Assembly: GCF_006345805.1 (NCBI RefSeq)
Contig: NC_043007.1
Location: forward strand, 57,474,001-57,538,000
DNA: 64,000 bases
DNA from: Octopus sinensis
Lineage: Eukaryota
Direction: 5' to 3'
Positions within the stretch are counted from its first letter, which is position 1. Each line of letters starts with the position of its first letter. The translations under genes and the position numbers were made by a program. Below, piece by piece: positions 14,485 through 28,659 of this stretch. The notes beneath the pieces are model-generated. The model saw only the letters and a list, made by a program, of their open reading frames with translations, searched no databases and had not been told where the DNA came from.

Positions 14485-15617
14485 CAGGGTGCAATTGTTG
14501 CTATTTTATATTTTGAATTTCACGCATGCCTATTGTCCTGTTGGAGATTTTGTCGAATACACTGTTTTGCAGGGTCAGTTATACACCGTCTTTGAGAAAA
14601 ATGGCACTATGACGCTCTGCCAGAAATTTGGAAGTGACATGCTGTACTGCGCTGCGAAGCTTTTGAACAAACTCAAGCATCCCCTACAACCGAACATGCT
14701 TTTGTTTTTCTCAGAGGAGGACAATTTCTGGCAGGATCTCTTTATCAATGAAAAGGCAAGAGTGTAATCAATACATGTTATAGAGTATATTGCTTATTGA
14801 AACCGAATGCATTCTTTCGTGATTTGAATTTCCATTTCACGCCTCTGTGATCATGTGAAAGCTTTTCCGTTTGTGTCCGAGCTGGTTTTATGTGCATTAG
14901 AGTACGTTTAGTCATTAGTCTATGCAATCGTTTTCATGTTGTTGTAATCGGGCGTAGACTAAAGCACAGAACAACTGTTGGCTTGCCGACTCCCCATAAC
15001 AGATACCGCGTGTGATAAAAAACTAAATATTCAGTCACCATCATGGTGTTTGGAGTGGTGACTAGTGATGGCGACGTTTAGCCTCCATTCATCTTCCCAT
15101 TCGGCTTCAGAGTCAACGCAGAGGCCTACATCAAGTGCCTTGAGGAGGTAGTACTGCACTGCATCAAGAAGGTGATTGCTGGAAGACTCTATGTCTGGCA
15201 ACAGCACACTGTACCATTCCACATAAGCAGGAGAACCCAGTCACGGCTGTCAGACAAGTTCTGCGACCACATCACGCCCAACATCTGGCCACCTAACTCC
15301 CCACACTGCAGCCCTTTTGATTATTAGGTGTGGGGGCAGTTGAGCGAGAGACCGACAGAACTTCTTGACGAACTGAAGGAAAGGATTATGGCAGCATTCT
15401 CCAACATAAACAAGGAGAACGTCCAGAAGAATTGCAGGAAATTCTGAAGTCGTCTGGAGGCTGTTGTTGAAGCCAATGGCGATTTTATTGAAAAAATTCA
15501 CTCTTTAGTATTTCAAGATATTTTAATATACTTTTCATAAATATATCTGTTAAAATGAGATGTCATTGTTATTTTCATTTTTGCGTAATTTACACGACAG
15601 TTTATTCACTGCACCTG
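14485..15617 (+). mobile_element. Second DD37D (maT) remnant, carrying a foreign ~230-bp insert
   Basis: Collinear with 1282-2151 (same transposase C-terminus). Ends cagggtgca / tgcacctg. Confidence 0.8.
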
Positions 15618-15637
15618 ATATATATATATATATATAT

Positions 15638-15702
<65 letters not shown>

Positions 15703-15780
15703 TAATAAAATAGAACATATGCATATATATAAACATATATGTACGTACCTACCTCTACATGTACATATACACGCATATAT

Positions 15781-16286
15781 GTGTACAGGACACCAAAAAG
15801 ACGTCGAACACATAGAGAGACGAAAAACATAGACACAAACCAAGGAACAAGACAAGCAAAAAAAGAGATACAGGACAATAAGCACAAAGAAAAATCCCCT
15901 TCTTCAGTCGCTAAGGTTTCATCTACTAAACGTTTCGAAGGATAAAAGCGAGACGTATACTTCGAAGAAAACTTCCTTCCTGTGAAAAGCAAATCAATTA
16001 AAATTCTGAGATCTTTTCGCAGAGGGGTAAAAAAAGCAAGACGGTAACGACAGTACAAACATATAAACAGTAAAAAATATATATATAAACAGTGGAAAAA
16101 TAAATATATAACAGTGAGAGACAGGACAAGGAGAACAAGATAAGAAGGGCTGTTAACGCCAGACGAAAAAAGTATTGCAAACGCTGGATTAAAGTGGACG
16201 ACGAGAGAGAAAAAATGTCGACCAGTAGCCTTAGAAGGCGGGCGGGAAAAGACAGGATAGCAGTTACGACGGAAGTATCGTCGCAG

Positions 16287-16287
<1 letters not shown>
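15781..16287 (-). mobile_element. PLE-like 3' end / pLTR-like repeat with a candidate type II hammerhead (15895-15968)
   Basis: Minus strand: tcttc-GAA-gtatacg-TC-tcgct..agcga-CTGAAGA-a-gggga. Ends in gtcctgtac, like the copies at 11.3, 40.3 and 45.8 kb. Confidence 0.55.
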
Positions 16288-16366
<79 letters not shown>

Positions 16367-16522
16367 AGATAAGAGAAAAAATCTATCAGAAAAGGAACTC
16401 TAATCTCTCTTTTAAAAATATATTTTGATAAGCATAACAAATGCGCAACCGGTAAAAAGAACTTTCACCTAATTAAATTACTTAAATTACTTAAATTATT
16501 TTGTCAGCATTTTCTTCATTTC

Positions 16523-16599
<77 letters not shown>

Positions 16600-16603
<4 letters not shown>

Positions 16604-16854
16604 TATAAGCTAGGGCTAAAGAAGATTATTCTAAAGCGAATATACCGATATTCCACATTTAATCCGCTTGCTACATAAAATTGAACTGAAATTTTTTTTC
16701 TGTAATTTGATTCAATATTGAGATAACGAAACTTAAACGTTCCAACGGTTAGTTGCCCGATTTTCAGTTCAATTTTATGTAGCAAGCGGATTAAATGTGG
16801 AATATCGGTATATTGGCTTTAGAATAATCTTCTTTAGCCCTTGCTTATAAGATA
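16600..16854. repeat. Near-perfect ~92-bp inverted repeat (fold-back)
   Basis: 16600-16692 is the reverse complement of about 16762-16854, with very few mismatches. Confidence 0.9.
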
Positions 16855-17388
16855 TTTATAATTTTTAATCGTAAAGGTTCTTTAATATACTGCCACACTT
16901 CCTGATGGAATTTTTTTCTGCAGAGAAAAAAGCTTCATCCTTTTTAATAGTATATATATGTACTTATGTATATAAGTACATATGTACTTATGTGTACACA
17001 TGACTTTTTTTGCTTCTGCTTTTTTCCATGGGTGCTTGTAAGTATTTCATTTATTTATTATCTTATTCTCTGCTGATGCGTTAAAAATCCGTTGGATTAA
17101 TCCCGAAATAGTTCGATACAGCGATAATGAATTAAAAAAAAAAATTCTGTTAGCTTGCTTTCCTCGTGTCAGCACGATGTGTATTCATAATGATGTGTAT
17201 TGCAATGTGGTGATTGACGATTTAAAGTCTATTTCTCAGCGTATTGGCATAGAAAATTTTTCTTTTGCCCTTATTTATAATTGTTCATAATTTTCACATT
17301 AAAAGGTATTTTAATATGCTGACCACTTGATGAATTTTTTGAAAACATTTTATTCTATATTAGAAGTGTGTGTATATATATATATATT

Positions 17389-17433
<45 letters not shown>

Positions 17434-17689
17434 GTTATTTGAGGGAATAAAATCCAAACTTACAGGCAGAAAAATTCAATTTAGAAATACTAAATCAAAT
17501 TTCACACAATATAATATATATATAAAAAATTAGGAAAAGAAAACACCTTTTATCAATTCAAAATGAACAATTAAATTATACCCTCTAGAAAATTACATAT
17601 AATAGAAATGTTAAAATTAAAATAACAATAAAATGTCAATGATTAAGTAAATTTCAAAAAAATAATAAAAACGTATATAATTGGTGGAA

Positions 17690-17778
17690 TAACGACACGT
17701 GTTTCGTGGCTATATTTAAGAAATGATAATAGTAGTAGTGAAATCACTTCGATATAAATATAGTCACTCATCAGGTTA
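17690..17778 (-). ncRNA. Type I hammerhead ribozyme (inverted twin of 18422-18510)
   Basis: The reverse complement matches the 18422-18510 motif. Confidence 0.85.
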
Positions 17779-17824
17779 AAAATAAACTCGAATAATAAAA
17801 TAATTAATTAATAAATATACTTTA

Positions 17825-17882
<58 letters not shown>

Positions 17883-18225
17883 GAAAATACTGAATATACA
17901 TAAGTGAAAACTAAAACAATACTTAAATTATTAAATACTTTGAAATTAATTAAAATATACAAAGCTAGTATAAGTCATTAAATTGTAATCAAAATAAGAA
18001 ATGGTTCAAATATAGAAAAACTCCTTAAATAAGCTAACTATATAATAAATATACATGTATAGTATCTATAGATTTAATATATCAAAGTTTTACTAAATAC
18101 CAAATAATATAATACCTAATTAACTTAAAATTTAATATTACAAATAAATTAACCACCTAATAATTAAATAATATATTGTCTGACGAAATTAATTCTTAAT
18201 TAAATTAAATGTAATACGTTAGATC

Positions 18226-18269
<44 letters not shown>

Positions 18270-18421
18270 ATATTTAAAAAAAGAAAAGAAATAAATAAAT
18301 AAAGAGATATAAGAATTAATATCTATCGTAACTTATATATATTTAGTATTTTCATATATATATGTATATATATATTAAAGTATATTTATTAATTAATTAT
18401 TTTATTATTCTAGTTTATTTT

Positions 18422-18510
18422 TAACCTGATGAGTGACTATATTTATATCGAAGTGATTTCACTACTACTATTATCATTTCTTAAATATAGCCACGAAACA
18501 CGTGTCGTTA
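18422..18510 (+). ncRNA. Type I hammerhead ribozyme with long stem II
   Basis: taac-CTGATGA-gtgactatattta..taaatatagccac-GAAA-cacgtg-TC-gtta. Canonical core, 12 of 13 bp in stem II, palindromic stem III. Confidence 0.85.
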
Positions 18511-18680
18511 TTCTACCAATTATATACGTTTTTATTATTTTTTTGCAATTTACTTAATCATTGACATTTTATTGTTATTTTAATTTTAATATTTCTATTA
18601 TATGTAATTTTCTAGTTGGTGTAATTTAATTGTTCATTTTGAATTGATGAAAGGTGTTTTTGTTTCTAATTATATATATA

Positions 18681-19074
18681 CTAGCATTATCGCCCGGCGT
18701 TGCTCGGGTTGTAAGGGAAATAACTATATAAGCATTTTTAGAGAGTTATAGCCAAAAAATAGCCAAAAAATGCATTAAAAATTGAAAAAAAATTAAGGTA
18801 AATTTTTTTTAAATCGTTGACACATCGTAGATATTTTTAGAGAGTTACTTCCCTTATATAAAATCGAAAAAAATGCATTAAAATGGAAAAATATGATGGT
18901 AAATTTTTTTTAAATCGTAGACTCATCGTAGACGCACGGTAATACCCAGAAGGGCTCGATATGAATCACGACTATAAGATACCCGCTTTTGGTTAAACTG
19001 CACCGCAAAATGTGGGAGTAGTTAGGAATCTAAATCGTAGGAGACAGACACACAACTTCACTCTTATATAAAGA
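18681..19074 (-). mobile_element. Non-autonomous Helitron
   Basis: Minus strand starts TC(tttatataag) and ends in the hairpin cccgagcaacgccggg followed by CTAG. Ends resemble 59714-60446. Confidence 0.75.
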
Positions 19075-19933
19075 TGCTTTTTTTTCAGTCATAGAGTTAG
19101 ATTTATGAAGGTCTTCAGTAGAAAATCCTTCGAATTCTGATCGCTGCTTGATATAATGAAATTCGTATCCATTTTTTGTCAGAATTACAAATTTTGAAAA
19201 CACAATAGGAAATGAGTAAAATAAAAACCAATTTACCTTTTCTGTCCGTCCGTGTGTCTTTGCAAATGTGTTGGAATGATAAGTGAGTTGTGATTTGGCG
19301 CCTTTTTTACTAATAACAAACACACACGTGTTTGTATGTAGTTGTATGTAGTTGTATATGTATGTGTATGCGTGTGTGTGAGGAATCACACACACACACT
19401 CACGCACGCACACATGTACATCAATGCTTTCGGAGTGATATGTTAAAATATTGAGTTTTCTCGAATTTTGTCTTAATTGGTGGTAAAATTGAAAGAAATT
19501 TTTTATGGCATCACCCACTGAAGTACTCTGAAAAATCTTAGGTAAACTCTAATTGAAGAAATTGTGTATTTATTTGTTTCTGTTTGCTGTGTTTTTTTAT
19601 TTTTTGAGTAGTGGTTTAAATACTTTCACTTTAGTCTTCCTCAATTCACTCTGTCGCTATTTACTTTCATTTTATTCGTCGCACACTGTGTGTGTGTGCG
19701 TTTGCGTGTGGTGTAAACCAGACTAAGAAAAGCATTTTACACACACACCAGAATGTGAGTTTTCTGTAAATTTTGCTTAATTGGAGTTTAAATTTTAAAA
19801 ACTGGACCTGGCATGACGCGATGCATTGTACTCTTAAAAATGGTAGGTAAATTGTAATTGAAGAAATCCTATATTGTAGATTTGTATAACTCCCAAAGCG
19901 AGGCAGATAAAATCTGCCTTTTATAATAAGAGA
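19075..19933 (-). mobile_element. Second Helitron-like segment with an internal diverged direct repeat
   Basis: Minus strand begins TCTCTTATTATAAAAGGCAG, similar to the 5' end of 59714-60446. 19450-19570 is repeated at 19755-19875. Confidence 0.5.
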
Positions 19934-20294
19934 TATATATATCTATATATTATATATATGCGTGTGCGTGTGTGTGTATGTGTGTATGTATAGAGTGTAA
20001 GGTGTGGTGTACAGAATTGAATATTGAAAAAAACGTCGTTAGAATTTTGAAAAATATCCTTTTATTTCTTCATTATAATTAGCGCTTTCGTTTCTCTCTA
20101 GAACTTGTCAAATAAAATTTTGTGAACGTACAAACAGTTTGTTCATTTATATGAAACATGTTTTTTGGGGATATTGTTTAGAAAAGAAGATTATTTTTAG
20201 GGGGGGGGGTGATGTTCCAAGACAATGGAATTGGATAGATAGAAATATAGGTAGATAGGCTGATAGATAGATAGATAGATAGATGATGGATAGG

Positions 20295-20343
<49 letters not shown>

Positions 20344-20421
20344 GATAGATTGATAGATAGAGAGATGGTAGAGGCAAAAGGAGAGAGAGAGAGAGAGAGA
20401 TAGAGAGATAGATAGATAGAT

Positions 20422-20517
<96 letters not shown>

Positions 20518-21845
20518 GATAGATAGATAGACAGATAGAGAGATGGTAGATGCAAAAGGAGAGAGAGAAGGAGTATCTACATTCTTATTCATCATTCATT
20601 CATTTATTTAATTATTTTCCTTTACCATTGTATTGGAATGAGTTTAAGGATGGTGACCACTTAAAAAAGAAAGAAAAAGAAACAGGTGTGGTTTGGTCAT
20701 CACTGAAAGCGTTTTTGCTTTCTTTCTATCTCTTTTTTCTTTTTTGTTCTTTTCTTTTTCCTTCCTTTTTCCTCCTTTCTTTTTCTCCTCTTTGAGTTAT
20801 ATTTAGAATATACCCCTTCCAAACATTCATTTTTGGAGGGAACTTTTTGATAAAGTGTAGTTCTGCATGAAAATACATTAGTATAATATTTGCAAATTAA
20901 CAATTTGAAAAATCAATCAGTAAATAAAATAAAACGAATATATATATATGCACACATACATACATATTCTTTATTCTTTTATTCTATACTTACTATACTT
21001 ACAAGTTTTTATGCCATCAATAATGTACCTCACACTTTAGGCCTAGAAGCAATAAAAACACTGGGTAGAGAAACATAGAGAACGGATAAATTAATGCTTC
21101 AAGACTGACGATTCCGTTCATTAACATACACAGTCCTTGAATAACCAACATCTTTCACGCCATAAAATCGAACTTACCTATACTCCTACAAAGCCCCAAA
21201 ATGAAAACTCTGATTGAGAAAAAAATGTTATAGAATAGCAAACGCCATCCAAAAAATCTTAAAAACACCTCACAAGGGCAGAATTCAAGTTAGAGAATGA
21301 ATGAGACTTCTTAGTAAAAGAATGTGAAGATAGGAGATATGGAACATGCAACAATATCAACAACTTCAAATACTTGGAAAGTGGTTCCCACATAAAATTG
21401 AAGAGCGGATCCCTTTTGATAATAAATGCTGATATGAACTGCAAAACGCAAAACTAAATATACTGTATTACTACCCAAAATGCGAAGAACATTACATTGG
21501 CAAAACAAATAATTTCCTCTGCCAACAGGCAAGATATCTGACAAGAAGAATTACGCAAGATTCTATTAAGTAAGCATCTGGAAATATGCGGCGAGAGAAA
21601 ATTCAAAATTTTTTCTTTTTACAAATGTACACAGGACGATCCGCAACACCGAAAAGCAATGGAACTACATTTCATCAAAAAATTCTCTCCGAAGTTGAAT
21701 GTTTCAAAGAAAAGCAGAGACAAAACGTTTTATTATTGTTATACTAATGTTCTCTAACGCAAAATCATGGAATTGAAAGAAGCGTGATCGAATTTACACA
21801 GTATAAACATGGACATATTCCCAACTACACACGCGCGCGCGCGCG

Positions 21846-21883
<38 letters not shown>

Positions 21884-22073
21884 CATGCACACACGAACAC
21901 ACGCACACACACATACACACACACACTTCATCAAGGAATCTTCCCTAAAATTGAATGTTTAGGGAATCCTCCCTAAAATTGAATTTGAAATCTATATTCC
22001 AAATGTGGCTCATCTCTACAAATGTTCAGATGTATACATGTGTAGCATTGGGATGTTCTAGCTTTACCTATAT

Positions 22074-22180
22074 AGGAGTAGCTGTGTGGTAAGTAGCTTG
22101 CTTACCAACCACATGGTCCCGGGTTCAGTCTCACTGCATGGCACCTGGGCAAGTGTCTTCTACTATAGCCTCGGGCTAAA
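22074..22180 (+). mobile_element. tRNA-type SINE, family A, 5' fragment
   Basis: ggagtagctgtgtggtaag (A box-like) .. gggttcagtctc (B box-like) .. gggcaagtgtcttctactatagcc. Confidence 0.8.
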
Positions 22181-22599
22181 GAACAAAGAATATGTATGTA
22201 TGTGTGCATATATATATTCGTTTCATTTTATTTACTGATTGATTTTTCAAATTGTTAATTTGCAAATATTATGCTAATGTATTTTCATGCAGAACTACAC
22301 TTTAACAAAAAATTCCCTCCAAAAATGAATGTTTGGAAGGGGTATATTCTAAATATAACTCAAAGAGGAGAAAAAGAAAGGAGGAAAAAGGAAGGAAAAA
22401 GAAAAGAACAAAAAAGAAAAAAGAGATAGAAAGAAAGCAAAAACGCTTTCAGTGATGACCAAACCACACCTGTTTCTTTTTCAACTCATTCCAATACAAT
22501 GGTAAAGGAAAATAATTAAATAAATGAATGAATGATGAATAAGAATGTAGATACTCCTTCTCTCTCTCTTTTTGCCTCTACCATCTCTCTTTCTATCTC

Positions 22600-22683
<84 letters not shown>

Positions 22684-22684
22684 C

Positions 22685-22723
<39 letters not shown>

Positions 22724-22823
22724 CCTATCTATTTGTCTATCTATCTATGTATCTATCTATCCATCATCTATCCACCAATCCATCATTTCTCTCTCTCTCC
22801 CTCTCTCTCTCTCTCTATCTATC

Positions 22824-22857
<34 letters not shown>

Positions 22858-22974
22858 AGCCTATCTACCTGCCTATATTTCTATCTATCCATCTCCATTG
22901 TCTTGGAACCTCACTCCTAATAAACAATGTTCTCTTCTGAACCCCCAGCCCCAAAAGCATGTTTTATATAAATG

Positions 22975-23077
22975 TATTTCTTTTCTACCCACAAGGGGCT
23001 AAACATAGAGGGGACAAACAAGGACAGACAAAGGGATTAAGTCGATTACGTCGACCCCAGTTGGAAACTGATACTTT
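22975..23077 (-). mobile_element. 5'-truncated family B SINE with a 16-bp TSD
   Basis: atgttttatataaatg at 22959-22974 and 23078-23093. Absent from the other arm of the inverted repeat. Confidence 0.8.
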
Positions 23078-23227
23078 ATGTTTTATATAAATGAACAAGC
23101 TGTTCACAAAATTTTATTTGACAAGTCCTAGAGAGGAACGAATGCGCTGTTAATGAAGAAATAAAATGGATTTTTCCCCCAAATTCTGTCGACCTTTTTT
23201 TCTCAATATATATATATATACACACAC

Positions 23228-23324
<97 letters not shown>

Positions 23325-23387
23325 TATATACATATATATACACACATATATATATATATATATACATATATGTATATATATATATAT

Positions 23388-23462
<75 letters not shown>

Positions 23463-24199
23463 GATGTGTGTGCGTATAAACATACATGTATAAATACTTA
23501 TAAGTATATATACAAACGCAAACATTCACCAACACACATACACACAGAAACACAGACACACACGCGCGCGCAAACACATACACACACACATACACATATA
23601 CACACACGCACACGAACACACACACCGGACTCACTATCCTCTTCCTCTGTGCTGGTGTCTTTTCTCATTTTCATAGTTTAACGCTTTATGAAAACTTGAT
23701 CAACCGTACCTGAAAGAGCAGATTTCTCTGAAAATAGACACAACTCAAACACAATGCTGGGGAACTCAAATAAAAGACTTAGGTGAGGGCGGAAAAAACT
23801 CCTCTCCATAGTAAGAGGGAATGTTTGGGGAAGGCGACATACTTAAGTTGGACATCGCAGCTTTTTCAGAATAGCCCCGCGGGTGTAAAGGCAAACACAA
23901 TCCAGCACATCATACGGTTTATGTAAACGTATACATTTGCGTGTGTGCATGTGTGTGTATGTCTGTATTTGTGTGTGTAGGGTGTGTGAGTGTTCATCTG
24001 TGGGGTGTGTGTGCGTGCGAACGCATGTGAGTTGTGTGTATATGTGTGAGTGGCTGCGCGAGTGTGTTTGAGTGTGTGTGCAAATATATGCATGTTGTAA
24101 GAATATATGTACATATACACACACACGGACATTTGATGCACTTACCTTAATGAAGGATTAAAAAAGATCATTCTCACAAGAAAGGACTCAATATATATT

Positions 24200-24302
24200 T
24201 AGCAGAATCGTTAGCACGCCGAGCAAAATAGCGGCTTTTCCTCCGTTTTTACGTTCTGAGTTCAAATTCTGCTGATATCGACTTTGTCTTTCATCCTTTT
24301 GG
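24200..24302 (+). mobile_element. Family B SINE fragment
   Basis: gcagaatcgttagcacgccg..acgttctgagttcaaattc..tttcatcctttt. Confidence 0.75.
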
Positions 24303-24401
24303 AGTATGTGTGAATATATCTGTATAAGCACCAATAATTTTCGAAACTGAAGGGTCGTAATAACACGCCGCTGAAAGCAGTAGCAGCAGCACTGTAGACA
24401 A

Positions 24402-24800
24402 AGCATGATTATTTGGAGAAGATGCTTGAGTTTGTTGAAGAGCTTTGTAGTACGGTCTTTCCCCTTGTCCTTGATGGCTTGGGATAAAAATTGGTCCTTT
24501 CTGATCTTGTATGAGGAATACCGAATGTCATCATGCTCTATCTTCCTGATAAGAATCTCAGACACTCTCATGTCCCTGGCGATGGACCTGATTGACTTGG
24601 AGGGATCGTTGTCAATTATGGCCTAGATATCACCAACAAATTCAGAAGTTCGTTTCTTAGCAGAACGATCAGAGTGAGTTCTTCGAGCTGGCATACCTTC
24701 ATAATCATTATTAGACACATCCAACTCTTTCCAAATCCTCTGCCCTGTACTCAGATTGAACCCAAACACTCTGAAATGTTCGTATTGGAGTTTCCGGCGC
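24402..24800 (-). mobile_element. Third maT transposase fragment (N-terminal part)
   Basis: The minus strand matches ..KLFNKLKH.. of 14655-14700 and the 5' part of 1460-1520. Confidence 0.65.
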
Positions 24801-26305
24801 GACACACACATACACACGCATAAACACATACACACACACACACAAGCACAAACATTTATATAACAATAGCCAGATTCGCAAATGAGTTTGACATATGAGA
24901 ATGTATCATGTCTTTGATAATTATTTTAAGTACTTAAAGAGTTTCGAACGATCAAATATATACTGTGTGTATGGAACCCTCCCCCACTCTTGATTCAGCT
25001 AAATATTAAGGACAAGAAAACTGAAAGGAGTGATGATTGCACCGACACTCGGTTAATACTCATTACAGTTGAGTAGACTGAAGTATCATGTAATAAATGC
25101 CTTGTTCAAGTTCATAAGACGTTGCCCAATCTAGTAATAGAACAGATGACCTTATGATCGTGACTCCAACGCCCTCCCAAGTAGCCTACAAGCCTATACA
25201 TACACACACATACTCACACTCACACACATATAAATATTGGTAGGGAATCAATTTATAATAGAGTTGTTAAAACATTTGTAAAAGCTGGTACCGTGCTAAT
25301 TGTAAGCAGAGGAATAAATTCAGACGTAAGAAAGACTAAACAAAGTTTGCTCTTTCCATAAAATTTTGATTTTCAGCTTTAAAAGCCCCTTCTCAAAGCA
25401 GGCACACAAATTTGTAACTTGTTGGTATGTAGGAGAAGGCTGCGACATGCACTGACGGGTATTGTTATAGCCAAAATAATTTGCATATGAATTCAGTTTA
25501 TGACCGAGAAAAGACTTATTAATCCGAAAATTACCGATATTTCTTTCAAATGTTTTCAGTTTAACCATAGAATATTGGGCGTTATTATACAAGGTGACGC
25601 TTAACTGATGTATATGTATGGACATGTTTCTTAATGTGAATAATATGCATTCTGCGGTTAGTGCGTTCAATGTAGGACCCGCTATAACTATTTCAGACTA
25701 ATATATTACATGGACCCTTGTACATTGCTGTACATTGCTGAAAGCAAAGTTGGTCAATGTGCATATATCTTCAGAGGAACTACAACACATCATTTGTACG
25801 ATCGATATCTCTACACAGATAACCCGATAGACAAAAAACAGTTGTTTATCGACAAAATAAAACGGCATCAGAAAGTATATGTGAGCACTTATGGTGCGAG
25901 TCTTCAATGGGGTATATTTGTATGTACCAACTTGGCAAAAGATAATGAATAGCCGCTATCTAATAGAAATTTAAGAACCGCTTGATGTTGTTGGTTTCAT
26001 GTATTGCCGCTCTGAATGTTTTGTAAATAAAAAAAATTGTTTTCTAAATATATTGCCCTGCTTATCGTGCCATCGTTGGTACGGTTGCCTTTCTAATAAA
26101 ATAACTGTGGATGATATACTCCTCTCTTACAAACTCGTTACCATTCTCTACTTTGTACTGACAAAGGAGTTTTAGCTATGGATTCTCGAATTATAACGTA
26201 ATGAAAATTGCTATTTTGCAGTCATTAATTTTGTTCTTTCTCGCTTTCTTTCTTTGTCTCTGTCTGTCTACCTCTTTCTCTCTGTCTCAGTCTTTCTGTC
26301 TGTCA

Positions 26306-26373
<68 letters not shown>

Positions 26374-26872
26374 TATATCTATATATATATATATATAGTG
26401 ACTCTCATGGCTTCTGATCTTAATTGACTGGAAGTGTTATCATGTACATGTCTTTTCTTTGTATAAAAACTGGACTACAGCAAATATTCTCAATACCACA
26501 GATTTACTTGTCAGTTGCTTGACCTTGACCTGTTGAGTATGTCCTCTAATAGCTGATGATATGTTTATCACTGATCATGAGCAAGAGTAGTCGGGGAGCA
26601 TCATAGTCATGCGTTGAGAGGAATTCTTTGTGGTTTGAATAATTCACCCTTAAACAAAGCTTATTCAGGGACTTTTTAACTGGACCCCCACCAGCAAAGT
26701 CATGCGCTGTTTGTCTTGATATGAAATCACCATATTGCGCACATATGGTTTTGTAGTTGTGATGCATGTGTCTGGTGTAACCTTATCAGACAGTTAATCA
26801 TAATGGATAGATTGGGCCTCGTAAATTTCTACCTCAGTGTCACTTTGATGGCATGCATTGCTGTCTCACTCA

Positions 26873-28294
<1,422 letters not shown>

Positions 28295-28310
28295 AATAAT
28301 AATAATAATC

Positions 28311-28376
<66 letters not shown>

Positions 28377-28640
28377 GGCGATGGAAAATGAAGAAGGCGT
28401 AGATAGTGTCAACTATTGTTGGGTGCTTGGGAACAGTATCAGAAGGCATCAAGGGGAATACAAAGGAAATTAGAATAGAGTACCCAGTAGCTTTGCTTCC
28501 TTTGCACGGCCGGAACAACCAGGAAAGTATTAGATAGATGAAAAGAATGGATAGCATAGTACTGTAGGCTGCAGGTAGCAAGCCTCCTACTCATGTAAGA
28601 CTCCAGGAGCTCCAAAAAAACCGGTGATAAAGAGAAATAA
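28377..28640 (+). mobile_element. Extreme 3' fragment of another R4/Dong-like element
   Basis: WKMKKA*IVSTIVGCLGTVS resembles WKLKTKTIPVVIGAL of the adjacent copy. Sits in (AAT)n. Confidence 0.5.
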
Positions 28641-28659
28641 CAATAACCATAATAATGGT

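Larger units (their letters stand above)
17430..18675. mobile_element. AT-rich non-coding fold-back element with two oppositely oriented hammerheads
   Basis: About 17540-17830 is inverted at about 18370-18670. HHR on - at 17690-17778 and on + at 18422-18510. Confidence 0.8.
20030..23205 (+). mobile_element. Penelope-like element remnant: GIY-YIG fragment between ~0.9-kb inverted pLTR arms
   Basis: About 21250-21710 encodes KECEDRRYGTC..MNCKTQN*IYCIT..EEHYIGKT with a frameshift. 20030-20960 is inverted at 22200-23205. Degenerate U3-A8 HHRs at 20075-20115 (-) and 23114-23153 (+). Confidence 0.8.

Noticed and set aside
16450-16515. Minus-strand CTGACAA..GAAA
   Set aside because: 3-8 mismatch and no convincing stem I or III.
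17070-17122. ctg-CTGATGC..GAAA-tagttcga-TA-cag
   Set aside because: Possibly a decayed HHR, but A9 is mutated and stems II and III are poor. Not counted.
23706-23745. CTGAAAGA-gcaga..tct-GAAA
   Set aside because: No cleavage triplet or stem I pairing.
25300-26040. Coding-looking segment (ORF 25710-25952) followed by AATAAA and an A-run
   Set aside because: No family recognised and frames are broken. A retrocopy call would need a database search.
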